64,000 nt of DNA. Origin: an uncultured cyanobacterium (GTDB lineage Bacteria; Cyanobacteriota; Cyanobacteriia; Cyanobacteriales; Cyanobacteriaceae). The notes under the pieces were generated by a model. That model saw nothing but the letters and a program-made list of their open reading frames with translations. It was not told the DNA's origin and ran no database searches. The position numbers and the translations under genes were made by a program. The stretch spans positions 27,347 to 91,346 of the forward strand of contig CAVVOP010000009.1 of the NCBI GenBank assembly GCA_963749915.1. The letters are read 5' to 3'. Shown here in pieces: positions 50,653-61,072 of this stretch (position 1 is its first letter; each line of letters begins with the position of its first letter).

Positions 50653-51255
50653 TTAGAGGATCTTACTAGATAACTCCCCAGCCGGGATGTTCATCCGTTG
50701 TGGTATGCCAATCTGAATATTATGGAGATCGAACGCCAGTTTTAAACGGCGACGGAACTCTCGCTCCACGCCCCACTGCTGGCCTGGTTCAGTTTTGATC
50801 CGAAGCATACACTGAATGACCGTATGGGCAATCTGATTCACGCCTATGTTATCAAGCGGATTTAAGATTTGCCCCTTCCACTGTGGATCTTGATACATTT
50901 CCTCAGCCACTTCTTTGAGCACTTGCAGAGCCAGTCCCACATCTGTGTCATACCCCACCTCGACGCTGAAATTGACCCGTGACCAATCCTTTGACATATT
51001 CTCAACTACATTAACCGCTGCATGAGGAATAGTGACCAGAATCCCCTCAGCAGTACGCAATTGAGTAATGCGTAGATTCATTTTCTCTACCAGTCCGGCC
51101 ACTCCAGCAACTCGAATAAAATCACCCATGGCATACTGATCTTCGAGCAAAATTAAAGTGCCATTGATCACATCTTTGATCAGGTTTTGTGAGGCAAAAG
51201 AAATACCCAAACTGATGATCCCTGCACCAGCTAGCACTGGACCTACAGGAATTTT
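50653..51255 (-). pseudogene. MscS mechanosensitive channel, 5'-truncated
   Basis: GISFASQNLIKDVING, GDFI, GLVEKMNLRITQLR. Confidence 0.8.
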
Positions 51256-51273
51256 TCAAATCCTTCGCAGTAT

Positions 51274-51345
<72 letters not shown>

Positions 51346-51390
51346 ATTGAATTGTTTAAAGGCTTTCGGATCAAATACTATATTTTTCAC
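51346..51390 (-). pseudogene. YoeB/Txe-like toxin N-terminal stub
   Basis: GTG-KNIVFDPKAFKQFN overlapping the antitoxin end, then truncated. Confidence 0.55.
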
Positions 51391-51625
51391 GCCATTCTTT
51401 TGCTGTAATCGTCACCAAGTTTTCTTTATTTTCTATTCTCTCAATGGCTTCGGATAATGCACGCTGATTGGCTTCTGTTGAAAGAAGATATTCGGTTGTG
51501 TCGGGTTCAGTATCAGATACCAAAATAATAATATCCACATCTGTTCCTTCTTCTAGTTCCGTAGAATGAATCTCTATTTTTCCTTCTCTTCCAACAATTC
51601 CTTTCTGTTTAATAGCTCTAATCAC
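51371..51625 (-). CDS. Type II antitoxin-like protein (YefM-like C-terminus)
   Basis: DTTEYLLSTEANQRALSEAI. Confidence 0.7.
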   Translation of the reverse strand: MIRAIKQKGIVGREGKIEIHSTELEEGTDVDIIILVSDTEPDTTEYLLSTEANQRALSEAIERIENKENLVTITAKEWREKYSI

Positions 51626-51787
51626 GATTTTTCTTCTAAGATGTCAAGCGATTACGGCTATTATATCAAAACCATCATGAGTTAGAACTGATGAGAATAA
51701 AAACGATCGCGGTTTTAAAGTTTAATCAACAAAATGACGGCGTTGCCGAAGGCACTGCGAAGCAGACCGCACTGGGTATTTTGCTAT

Positions 51788-52639
51788 CTAACCCGTTGAA
51801 GCTAATTTGCGCTTATGGTAGATTGAGTAGAGAACCCCAAAAACAGCCCCCACCATCAAATAAACCACTATTGTCGGCATTACCTGCTTTTCTAGACCAT
51901 TTAAAATGGCAATAAACAAAGCTAAACCAACATTACGAGCAATACAGGAAATCGCTAGGATAGACCTTTGAGCTTCATTGGGGCCCCCTAAAACGTGTCC
52001 AATACCCAGAGATACAACCACCATAATAGTGATCGCAACTAATGGTAATCCCCAAAGTTTAAACAACAAAGGAAATCCAATAATACAGGCTAAAATAATT
52101 AGTACCAAAAACAGAAAATTAGCGATAAAAGTTAAAGGTTTTTCAACCTTTACTGCATAGTTAGCCCCAAATTTTTGCAGTAAAAGGCCTAGACTAACGG
52201 GTAAAAGTTGCACTATAGTCACTTGTTTAGCGACATCTAATATGGTTAGTTTTTCCGGAATACTTTGAAATAGGACAGTAAAAATAGCTAAGGTCAGAGG
52301 GGTAATAATAACCGCAAGTAAAGCCAGAGTTAGCTGAAGACTAGCAGACTGACTAGATTTAGCTCCCGCCATTTTGGTTCTTTTTGTGGTCAGAGGCGCA
52401 CCGGGAGAGGCTGCTAAAAAGACTAATCCCATCGCTACTCCCAAAGGTAAGTTAAACAGTTTCAGAAGTGCCACTACCACTAGGGGAACCAGCACAACAA
52501 CTGCTAAAAGCGCACGAAATAGTAAAGCAGGTTTGCGCCAAAAAGAAAACATTGTTTCCAAAGAAAATTCGATCCCCATGGCTAACATCAGGGAAAAAAT
52601 TGTAACTTTAACGATTATGAGCAATAAAGGATTGTTCAT
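51788..52639 (-). CDS. Bile acid:sodium symporter (BASS) family transporter
   Basis: MLAMG, ASPGAP, RNVGLA motifs; ~9 TM. Confidence 0.85.
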   Translation of the reverse strand: MNNPLLLIIVKVTIFSLMLAMGIEFSLETMFSFWRKPALLFRALLAVVVLVPLVVVALLKLFNLPLGVAMGLVFLAASPGAPLTTKRTKMAGAKSSQSASLQLTLALLAVIITPLTLAIFTVLFQSIPEKLTILDVAKQVTIVQLLPVSLGLLLQKFGANYAVKVEKPLTFIANFLFLVLIILACIIGFPLLFKLWGLPLVAITIMVVVSLGIGHVLGGPNEAQRSILAISCIARNVGLALFIAILNGLEKQVMPTIVVYLMVGAVFGVLYSIYHKRKLASTG

Positions 52640-53691
52640 GACTTAAATGCGAAGATTTGCCTCCAATTATTTTTCATGCTGACTACGAACCAACCTTGCT
52701 TTTTCGCTTCGTCATACAGTGCCTGAGTGAAAGTTCCGACCTTGGTGTCGGGCAGTCCCTGGGCTGGTCCGTAGGCGTACTCGCGTTTCGCGTCGTCGTG
52801 CAGCACGAGCATTGCTATCCTTGCCCCATCTCCTGCCTTGGTGTACTCCAGCATCTGGCGATCGCCAGTCGAGTTACCAAAGGCGGCATAAGGTCGGCGT
52901 CCGATCATCAGGTGGATGCCTTCGGGTTTACCGGCATTGTTGTCGTTAAGGAGCAGTTTCGGTTCTTTAGTGAGCATTGGCTGACCGTTTTCGTCATAGC
53001 CATACTTGGTGCTACCCGCACTGCCGACTACCTGCTCAGGGGGAATACCGTAGGTCTGCTCTGAGTAAACCCTTACGAAGTCTTGTCCCCCCCCCGTAAC
53101 GATATAAGTCTTGTAATCGTTAGCACGCAGGTATTTCAGCAACTCCTGCATGGGCAGATAAGTGAGTTCGGTGTAAGGTCGATTCCATCGGGGATTTTTA
53201 GCCGTTTCTAGCCATTTTTTAGCTTCAGTTTTGAACTCATCCACTGTCATGCCTGTAAGGGTGGCGGCAAGAATCTTTTCAAGATCCGGCAGGGAGAGCT
53301 TGGCGATCGCCTCTTGGTTGCCCGAAAGCACGGTTTTAAATGGCTCAACATTGGTAAGCTCTGGTTTGTCCTTAACTACCGCCGGGACGCGATCAAGGAC
53401 ATAGTCTATCTGCGTATAGATAGGATGTTCGACCCATAAAGTTCCGTCTTGATCGAAAGTAGCAATCCGCTCTGGCAAAGGGACGAAATTCGGGTTCGAT
53501 GGGTCGGTTGTTGTTTGCACAAACTCAATAATTGCGCTTTTTGTCGCTCCCCTATTCCAAGAGGGCAAAGGATCGGTGGATTGGGCAACTACCTTCCCGA
53601 AGTTGGCAGGGTTCCCCAGCCATGTCACTACTAGAACGCCCAATAGGGCAATCAGTAAGGTCTTGAGCGAGAATTTTTTTATCTTTTTCAT
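52636..53691 (-). CDS. Secreted HAD-family hydrolase/phosphatase
   Basis: LPSWN, FDQDGTLW, IVTGG, GK, FGNSTGD. Confidence 0.88.
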   Translation of the reverse strand: MKKIKKFSLKTLLIALLGVLVVTWLGNPANFGKVVAQSTDPLPSWNRGATKSAIIEFVQTTTDPSNPNFVPLPERIATFDQDGTLWVEHPIYTQIDYVLDRVPAVVKDKPELTNVEPFKTVLSGNQEAIAKLSLPDLEKILAATLTGMTVDEFKTEAKKWLETAKNPRWNRPYTELTYLPMQELLKYLRANDYKTYIVTGGGQDFVRVYSEQTYGIPPEQVVGSAGSTKYGYDENGQPMLTKEPKLLLNDNNAGKPEGIHLMIGRRPYAAFGNSTGDRQMLEYTKAGDGARIAMLVLHDDAKREYAYGPAQGLPDTKVGTFTQALYDEAKKQGWFVVSMKNNWRQIFAFKS

Positions 53692-53791
53692 CCTGCGATT
53701 TTTGGCTCAGTATTGTGGAATTGAGAGGAAAAGGTTTCTATCCTTAGCGAACAGTTCCCTTTTCCTTTCTTCTCTCTAGAACAGGCAATTT

Positions 53792-55282
53792 TTAACGGCT
53801 TCCCGCACCAGCTTGCAGTTTCTCTAATACTTGGTCAATAGTGAAACTCGCTGCTTTTTGACGAGGGGGAAATTCAACAAATGTCTGCAAGAAATCTCCC
53901 ACGACTTTCTGGGCAGGGAAAAACAAATAAATATGATCGAGTACCCAATCCCAATAAGTATTAGAAGTTATATCTGCTCGTTCGTAGGGGTCAGTGCGGA
54001 GGTTAAACAATTTGGGAAAACGCAGAGTAACTAAGGGTTCTTGCCAGATGCGGAGGGTTCCTTGTACTCGTTGCTCCATAAAGATCAATTTCCAGTTATC
54101 ATAGCGCAGTGCCATGAGGTCGCCATCATCAGAAAAGTAGAAAAATTCGACACGGGGACTCTTTTCCACTTCTCCCTTAAAGTAGGGTAAAAGGTTATAA
54201 CCATCGAGATGAACTTTAAAGTTTTTTTCTCCGGCTTGATATCCCTTGAGCAGTTTTTCTTTGATGTCTGGTTCTCCTGCTGCTGCCAATAAGGTCGGCA
54301 ACCAGTCCAAATTACTAACAATTTCATTAGATACCGTACCTGGTTTAATTACCCCAGGCCAGCGCACAAAACAGGGAACCCTGAATGCACCTTCCCAGTT
54401 AGAATCTTTTTCATTACGAAAGGGAGTCATACCACCATCAGGCCAAGAATTCATGTGAGGGCCATTGTCAGTACCATAAATAACGATTGTATTGTCTGCA
54501 ATGCCCATATCATCCAGCTTTTGGAGCAAAGCCCCGACAAGTTTATCATGGTCGATCATGACATCATGATATTCTGATTGCCAACGTCCCGACTGCCCTA
54601 AACTTTCCGGTTTGGCATGGGTGCGGAAGTGCATATGAGAAGTATTAAACCATAAGAAAAAGGGATTATCTTCTGCTGCTTTGCGGTCTAGCCATTCTGA
54701 GGTTGCCTCAAAAACCTCATCATCAATGGTTTCCATGCGCTTTTTGGTGAGAGGTCCCGTATCTTCAATACGACCATCGGCATAGGAGTGCAAAACACCA
54801 CGAGGGGCAAAGTGTTCGCGGAAATTGGGAAAATCTTTTTCGGGAGGATAATCCCGTAATTCCGGTTCTTCACAAGCGTTCAGGTGATACAAAAAGCCGA
54901 AAAATTCATCAAAACCATGTTGGGTAGGCAGAAACTTGTCCTTATCCCCAAAGTGATTTTTGCCAAATTGACCCGTAGCATAACCCAAGGGTTTTAATAG
55001 TTCTGCTATGGTAGGATCTCCTGCTTGCAGTCCGATATCAGCCCCTGGCATTCCCACCTTGCTCAAGCCAGTACGAAAGACCGATTGCCCCGTCATAAAA
55101 GCAGATCGCCCGGCGGTGCAACTTTGCTCGGCGTAGTAGTCAGTAAATAGCATTCCTTCTTCGGCAATGCGATCAATATTCGGCGTGCGGTAGCCCATCA
55201 TCCCCTTAGTAAAAATACTCAGGTTGGCAGTACCAATATCATCGCCCCAAATTACTACAATGTTTGGTTTTTTCGTGGTCAT
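53792..55282 (-). CDS. Arylsulfatase (Cys-type, no signal peptide)
   Basis: PNIVVIWGDD, SCTAGR, FGKNH, TDNG, WEGA. Confidence 0.92.
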   Translation of the reverse strand: MTTKKPNIVVIWGDDIGTANLSIFTKGMMGYRTPNIDRIAEEGMLFTDYYAEQSCTAGRSAFMTGQSVFRTGLSKVGMPGADIGLQAGDPTIAELLKPLGYATGQFGKNHFGDKDKFLPTQHGFDEFFGFLYHLNACEEPELRDYPPEKDFPNFREHFAPRGVLHSYADGRIEDTGPLTKKRMETIDDEVFEATSEWLDRKAAEDNPFFLWFNTSHMHFRTHAKPESLGQSGRWQSEYHDVMIDHDKLVGALLQKLDDMGIADNTIVIYGTDNGPHMNSWPDGGMTPFRNEKDSNWEGAFRVPCFVRWPGVIKPGTVSNEIVSNLDWLPTLLAAAGEPDIKEKLLKGYQAGEKNFKVHLDGYNLLPYFKGEVEKSPRVEFFYFSDDGDLMALRYDNWKLIFMEQRVQGTLRIWQEPLVTLRFPKLFNLRTDPYERADITSNTYWDWVLDHIYLFFPAQKVVGDFLQTFVEFPPRQKAASFTIDQVLEKLQAGAGSR

Positions 55283-55369
55283 TTTTGAGTTTTCCTTATT
55301 TGAGCTATTGCATATCTAGTATATACACGACTTGGCAAGTTATCGAAATTTAGATATTAAGTTTTATGG

Positions 55370-55876
55370 GCGATCGCTTGCGAGATAATAATTTGTCATG
55401 AAGTCTCATTAATTTGTTCTTCATGTTACGTTTAGGTTTGGCAAAAAACTCGATTCCAAAATCTTCCAGTAGCTTGGTCGCTAATTTTTGTGACACATAA
55501 CCTCTATGGCCAAAGACTTTTCCCCAAAGCTCTTTTAAAAGGTCAACGACGGGTTTACGGTCATCAACATTACCTGGAGTTAAACTCATATTGATAATTT
55601 CCCCCAGTTCATTGACAACCAGATGAAGTTTAAATCCAAAAAACCAGTCCACAGAGGTTTTCCCTCTTTGGGCTAAATCCTGAAAGACCTTATGGCGTGA
55701 AATACGTCGATGATGACAGACTTGAATTTTAGTCGAATCGATAAAACTAATCCCAGTACAATTACCAAAGCAATGTTTAAGATAAACACACAAAGGAATG
55801 ATCGTTGATGGAACCCATTGAATAAATCGCTGATAACTGGGAAGTTTAGGAAAAGCATTCGACCAATATTGTTGAA
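55370..55876 (-). mobile_element. Internal fragment of IS982
   Basis: Inverted, near-identical to ~24649-25154; one end at HIP1. Confidence 0.85.
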
Positions 55877-55999
55877 GAAGAATGAAGAATTAGTTTTGAG
55901 CCTTACTATACTATGGTGACGGTAATACGAGATTGCGGTTTTAAAGTTCAATCAACAAGATGACAGCGTTGCCGAAGGCACTGCGAAGCAGACCGCACT

Positions 56000-56230
56000 T
56001 TAAAGTTCATTCCATTCATCAATTGTTATTTCACGAGACATAATATTTTCAACTTCCTTGATCATCATTTTCAATTGAGGCACGGAATATTCAGAATTAG
56101 AGGGTATCGTAAGACGATATTGTTGATAAATCATAAATTGATGTTTTGTACCTGATCTTGGTTGTTCAAAACCTAATTTTCTTAATTTTTTGATAAAATC
56201 TCTTCTTTTACATGGATTTAAACGACTCAC
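56000..56230 (-). CDS. hicA: HicA-family toxin
   Basis: FIKKLRKLGF...SGTKHQFM...LTIP...QLKMMIK. Confidence 0.8.
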   Translation of the reverse strand: MSRLNPCKRRDFIKKLRKLGFEQPRSGTKHQFMIYQQYRLTIPSNSEYSVPQLKMMIKEVENIMSREITIDEWNEL

Positions 56231-56233
56231 ACT

Positions 56234-56482
56234 TTAGCACTCCTGATTAAGATCAATTCCAGCAATTACAGGTAAAATATGACCTAGTTTTAATCCTACT
56301 AAAATCCAATCTTCTAAAGTTGAGCGTAACTGTGTTTGGCATTCCGATAAGGTGTCACCAAAAGCAATCACTCCTTGACAGTTGGGAATTTTACCCACAT
56401 AAGTGCCATCTTCTAGTTGTTCAATTTCTGATATAGCGATCGCTTCATGGATGTAATCACTTAAAGCATAACGAACTAACAT
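56234..56482 (-). CDS. hicB: HicB-family antitoxin
   Basis: YVGKIPNCQGVIAFGDTLSECQTQLRSTLEDW. Confidence 0.82.
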   Translation of the reverse strand: MLVRYALSDYIHEAIAISEIEQLEDGTYVGKIPNCQGVIAFGDTLSECQTQLRSTLEDWILVGLKLGHILPVIAGIDLNQEC

Positions 56483-56532
56483 CTTATTATTGCTCCTTAT
56501 AGAATCTATCTAACGGTTATTGTAAACAATTT

Positions 56533-56562
56533 GTTGGGTTTCGTCACCTCAACCCAACCTAC
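56533..56562. repeat. Cyanobacterial REP-like palindrome
   Basis: GTTGGGTTTCGTCACCTCAACCCAACCTAC. Confidence 0.6.
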
Positions 56563-56591
56563 AAGAACTCGTACTTGTGCTGCTACTAATA

Positions 56592-57065
56592 CTACAAGAG
56601 CGGCGATCGCCCGTGCAAAATTGTTAATAGTCTAAACTCCAGATCTCTAAATTTCTTTTTATATTGATTTATTGCACCTCTGGAGACATTAAATCTTTTA
56701 GCTAATTCTGTTGTATTTAATTCTATTCGCTCAAGGTTATCTGATAAGCGATCGCTTTCTAATTCTATATTTTCAGATGATTTTTTCTGTTTCTTTTCAG
56801 GTATGCTACTTGATAGTTTACTAAGTGTATTAACTAATTCTTTTAATTCTTGTACTTCTTTTTTAAGCTGTTCAAATTCAACTAAAGTAACACCACCAAT
56901 CCAAGTTTTTTTAATAAGTAAAGTTTCTTCAAGCCCAAAATATTCAGCAATAATCACGTTTAATGCTCTTGAGCAATTAAGATTATTTTCCTGACAAAAT
57001 TGGTCAAAGCGATCGTAAAGTTCGGGAATTATATATCCTGCTACCCTTTCATTTTCAGTAGTCAT
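56592..57065 (-). CDS. Plasmid hypothetical protein (RHH-like N-terminus, C-terminal HTH), possibly truncated
   Basis: RVAGYIIPELYDRFDQFC...; LNTTELAKRFNVSRGAI. Confidence 0.55.
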   Translation of the reverse strand: MTTENERVAGYIIPELYDRFDQFCQENNLNCSRALNVIIAEYFGLEETLLIKKTWIGGVTLVEFEQLKKEVQELKELVNTLSKLSSSIPEKKQKKSSENIELESDRLSDNLERIELNTTELAKRFNVSRGAINQYKKKFRDLEFRLLTILHGRSPLL

Positions 57066-57144
57066 AATCAGTAATATACTTGGTATGCTAAAAATATATC
57101 AAAATCACTGAAAAAGAAAAGATAATAATTCCTTGTAAATTAAA

Positions 57145-57696
57145 TTATTGATTATTTCTTCTATAATCCCAAGGCTTTTATAGATTCTTGCTGTAAATAT
57201 TGAGCCGATTATTTTTGGCGATCGCCTCTGCTTGTTTTATCTCATTCCAAATCGGGCAATCAGACTTATATTGAGGATAAGGATAAACCCAACCATTCTT
57301 AACCTGCTTAACTTGAACAGCTTCGCCATTAAGAAGATATAAAACAGCTACACTTCTACCATATCTATCAGTATTAGTAATATCGAGATTAACTTTATTT
57401 CCATTTGATTGTAAAAGCGATCTTAAATAATCACTAGATTCAATGCCATATTCTTGGTCTTTTTCTGGACTATCGATACAGGCAAATCTTATTTTTAATT
57501 CTTCATTATCACTAGATATTACACGAAGTGTGTCACCATCATAAATGCTTCCTTCTTTTATTTGATATACTTGTTGTTGTACTTGGTAATTTACTTTATT
57601 GTTATTTTCACTAATTGCTTGATTATTATTATTTTGAAAGTAAACCCAGAGAAGGAATAAGCCTATAATTAAAGGTAATTTATTGAGTATTTTCAT
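57145..57696 (-). pseudogene. Thermonuclease (SNase) with premature stop 10 codons early
   Basis: YDGDT, IRFACIDSPE, DRYGR; ...KNL*KPWDYRRNNQ* stays in frame. Confidence 0.8.
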
Positions 57697-57751
57697 AATT
57701 CGTAATTCGTAATTCGTAATTCGTAATTGAATTCGTAATTCGTAATTTATC

Positions 57752-58810
57752 ATGATGGCGATAACCCATGCTGTAATTAGTAGTTCAGTAACATCATTAG
57801 TTTTGGGAAAAACAGATACATTAACATTAGGATTATCGATTATAGGTAGTCAATTACCTGACCTTGATTCTAGTAAATCAATTATTGGTCAAATATTTTT
57901 TCCTATTTCCCGTTACTTAGAGAATAACTTTCCCCATCGCTCAATTACTCATTCATTAATAGCTACAGCTTCCCTTACTACGATTGCCCTCCTCATGGGA
58001 TATTATTACTTTAATGATATTTATAAGTTAATTGCGTTACCAGTAGGTCACTTAGTGAGCTGTTTTTCTGATACCTTTACCAAACAAGGGGTACAGTTAT
58101 TTTATCCTAATCCAGCATGGGCAATATCAGTAAGTAACCCACATCGTAGGTTACGAACTGGCTCACCTTCTGAATATTATGTTTTAGTTATCTTCTCAAT
58201 ATTGCTATTCCTGAACTTTTCTCTCATTAATAATACTGGGGGAATAACTAATGCTATTTCTATCAATTTAGGTTTAAGAGATGAGATAGTTAAAATGTAT
58301 AATCAATCTGCCAATACTCATTTATTTAAAGCGTCTATTAAAGGTTATTACCAGAGCGATAGAACTCCTATTAATGATGAGTTTATGGTAATCAATAATA
58401 TAGATAAAGAGTTTATTGTTACTGATGGTGAAAGGATATATAAGACTGGTGAAAATATAATAGTAGAAAATATAGAGTTAATTAAAGATAAAAAGATTAT
58501 CAATAAAATTGAATCAATTACTCTTGATGATGAAGATATTAATAGTAAATTAAATCAGTATGCTACTAAGTCTGATACTAAGTCTAATACTAAGTCTGAT
58601 ACTAGGTATGATACTATATATATCACTGGGAGCATAGTGGTGGACTACCCAGAAGATATTGAGTTACCAAGTTTTATTAATGAGTATGAATATATCAAAA
58701 TGACTGGTGCTACGATTAATTTAGATTATTGTCCGTTGGAGAAGGCGATCGCCATCTTAGATAATCAATTCGGAACTGGAAAGGTAAGAATTATGAGTTA
58801 TGAATTATGA
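57752..58810 (+). CDS. YdjM/DUF457-like membrane metal-dependent hydrolase with C-terminal extension
   Basis: TH, GSQLPDLD, HRSITHS, GHLVSCFSDTFTKQGV. Confidence 0.8.
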   Translation: MMAITHAVISSSVTSLVLGKTDTLTLGLSIIGSQLPDLDSSKSIIGQIFFPISRYLENNFPHRSITHSLIATASLTTIALLMGYYYFNDIYKLIALPVGHLVSCFSDTFTKQGVQLFYPNPAWAISVSNPHRRLRTGSPSEYYVLVIFSILLFLNFSLINNTGGITNAISINLGLRDEIVKMYNQSANTHLFKASIKGYYQSDRTPINDEFMVINNIDKEFIVTDGERIYKTGENIIVENIELIKDKKIINKIESITLDDEDINSKLNQYATKSDTKSNTKSDTRYDTIYITGSIVVDYPEDIELPSFINEYEYIKMTGATINLDYCPLEKAIAILDNQFGTGKVRIMSYEL

Positions 58811-58945
58811 ATTATGAATTATGAGTTATGAATTGTGAATAACGACCTTTCCTTGGCTTAAATTCAATTACGAACTACGAACTACGAATTATTCCCTATT
58901 CCCTATTCCCTATTCCCTACTCCCTACTCCCTACTCCCTACTCCC
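58790..58945. repeat. Heptamer tandem repeats (ATGAATT, ACGAACT, CCCTATT/CCCTACT)
   Basis: Direct reading; STRR-like. Confidence 0.8.
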
Positions 58946-58952
58946 TTGAATT

Positions 58953-59882
58953 ATGAATATAAGAAATAATATAATAAGTTCATTTTTAATAACTTTAGGA
59001 ATCATATTATTAATCCAGCCATTAACAGAAACTAAGGCTGATAATGATAATGATAATAAGAATAATATAATTGTTAATCAAGAAGAAGTAATTAAACCAA
59101 ATAGACTAAATATTAATCTGGCGATCGATTCTCCTGAAGATCTCAAAGTCAATGAAGGTGACGAGATTAAAAAGGGACAAATTATAGCAACTAGAGAGAG
59201 AAAAAAAAGAGAATTAGATAATAATTTATCCCGCTTAAAATTATCCTTAGAAAAAATCAAAACTCTACAACCTTTACCTCCTACTGCTCCTTTAGAAGTT
59301 CCGCCATTAAGTATTCTTCCTCCTATTAGTTATCTTGAATATGAAGCAGATATAGAAAAGAAAAAGATAGATATTGATTTCATTAATGATGAGATTAAAG
59401 TTAAACAAGAAGAGATAGATTATTTATCACAATTACCAGAATTAGATGAAAAAGTTATTAATCATGAGAAGGCTAAATTAAATAAATTAAGACAGAAATT
59501 GACAATCGCTTCTAAAGAATATCAATTAGCAAAAGGTAAATATGAGAGTGCTAAAAGTGAAAGAAAATACCAAGAATATCAAAGTCAAATTGATAAGGTA
59601 AAAAGAATAGAAAATATTAATCAACAAAGGCAAAATTACGAACGAGAATTAGCTTTATATCAGCAGAGAAAATCAGAACATGAAATCAAACTCAATGAGC
59701 TTAATAATCAAATTAGTTTAGCCCATGAAAAATTACAAAGCCTCAGCAATTCCACTAGCCCTTATTCTGGCATCGTCCGTCGGATTAAATTACTCAGCCA
59801 AAGCCCAGACGGAACAATCAACGCCGAACTCTCCCTCATGGTTAGAAACCACAATTCAGAACTCGGAACTCGGAACCAATGA
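58953..59882 (+). CDS. HlyD/membrane-fusion-like protein
   Basis: Signal/TM, LKVNEGDEIKKGQIIA lipoyl half, long coiled coil, SPYSGIV second half. Confidence 0.7.
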   Translation: MNIRNNIISSFLITLGIILLIQPLTETKADNDNDNKNNIIVNQEEVIKPNRLNINLAIDSPEDLKVNEGDEIKKGQIIATRERKKRELDNNLSRLKLSLEKIKTLQPLPPTAPLEVPPLSILPPISYLEYEADIEKKKIDIDFINDEIKVKQEEIDYLSQLPELDEKVINHEKAKLNKLRQKLTIASKEYQLAKGKYESAKSERKYQEYQSQIDKVKRIENINQQRQNYERELALYQQRKSEHEIKLNELNNQISLAHEKLQSLSNSTSPYSGIVRRIKLLSQSPDGTINAELSLMVRNHNSELGTRNQ

Positions 59883-60558
59883 GAATTCACAAAATGATTC
59901 CTCATTCATAACTCATAATTCATCATTCATAATTCCCCCCTCATTCATAATTCCCCCATCATTCATAATTCCCCCATCATTAATCTGTCCTTCCCCCGTC
60001 CTCAACTGCCATGATTATTTGACCCAGAGGGCGATCGCTTCTAGTGTTTTAATTGCTAATCTTGAGGATAAAATTACTAATACAGGAGAACAGATAAACT
60101 ACTTAGAGGAGAAGATTCGATATTATAAATCACGGAACTGGACTAATTTTATTACTTTAGAACCAGTGAAGTTAATTCAGAATCTTTTTGGTGGTGGTGA
60201 TGTGCAAAGAAATCAACTTACTATTACTGATATTGAGGTCAAAATAAACAGTTTAAAAGCCAATAAAAATAGTTTGGAAAATCAATTAATTGTTGAGAAA
60301 GATAAGCTAAAAAATGAGATTGCGATCGCTCTCTTAAACATTGAAGAAAGTAGGGAAAGGATTAAATTAATTAATCAGAAAATAGCTAAAGTAAAATTAC
60401 AGTCTCAAGTATTTCTCATCAAATATAGTAATGGAGAAGGAACGACAAATCAGTATTTAAACTATCAGGAAAATATTGATAAACTTGATTTTGATTTACT
60501 TCAAGCTACTAATGATTATCGGCAAAATATCTCTAAATTGATGTTGTTAGTTGAGTAA
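59725..60558 (+). CDS. Secreted coiled-coil protein (TolC-like helical features)
   Basis: Signal peptide AKA-Q; helical hairpins; IKYSNGEGTTNQYL. Confidence 0.55.
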   Translation: MKNYKASAIPLALILASSVGLNYSAKAQTEQSTPNSPSWLETTIQNSELGTNENSQNDSSFITHNSSFIIPPSFIIPPSFIIPPSLICPSPVLNCHDYLTQRAIASSVLIANLEDKITNTGEQINYLEEKIRYYKSRNWTNFITLEPVKLIQNLFGGGDVQRNQLTITDIEVKINSLKANKNSLENQLIVEKDKLKNEIAIALLNIEESRERIKLINQKIAKVKLQSQVFLIKYSNGEGTTNQYLNYQENIDKLDFDLLQATNDYRQNISKLMLLVE

Positions 60559-60719
60559 GCGATCGCATAATTCTTGAACATTCATTGTGTTGTCTCCACT
60601 GCACAGTGTGTTGTCTCTACTATACACCTATCTCAATAACGTTTCTGATCATTCTCAATCTAATTTCTCTAAAAACACTATAATTACTTAATAAATTTTA
60701 ACAATTTCTGTGTGAGGAA

Positions 60720-60883
60720 ATGTCAAACTTAATATTCATCAAAGCTCGTGGTGGCTTAACTACGGGTGAAAGATTGTTACAGGTAATTAATCAATATCCT
60801 GATGGCTGTACTATAAAACATCTCAGTAATAGTATTAACCGCCCTGTATCAATGATTAACTTATCGCTGAAAGCCTTGATTAG
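60720..60883 (+). pseudogene. Truncated duplicate of the 20825 wHTH gene
   Basis: ~60675-60883 matches ~20778-20988; cut by the MITE. Confidence 0.75.
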
Positions 60884-60892
60884 GCCTAAACA

Positions 60893-61072
60893 TAGGGTTC
60901 TTGTCATGAGGGGCAGTGAGCAATAAAAAGTCAAGAAAATGTATCTGAAACCCTTATTATTCCGTTCTATTATTATACAATACAAACTTAGTACATAAGA
61001 AAAAACTGATAGCTGAAACCCTTTCTAAATAAGGCGTTTGGCACTACGCTGCCCCTGGTTGCACGAACCCTA
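60893..61072. mobile_element. ~180-bp MITE (family shared with 15839-16019)
   Basis: AAACATAGGGTTC ... GAACCCTATGTTT ends; its reverse complement aligns to 15839-16019. Confidence 0.75.
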
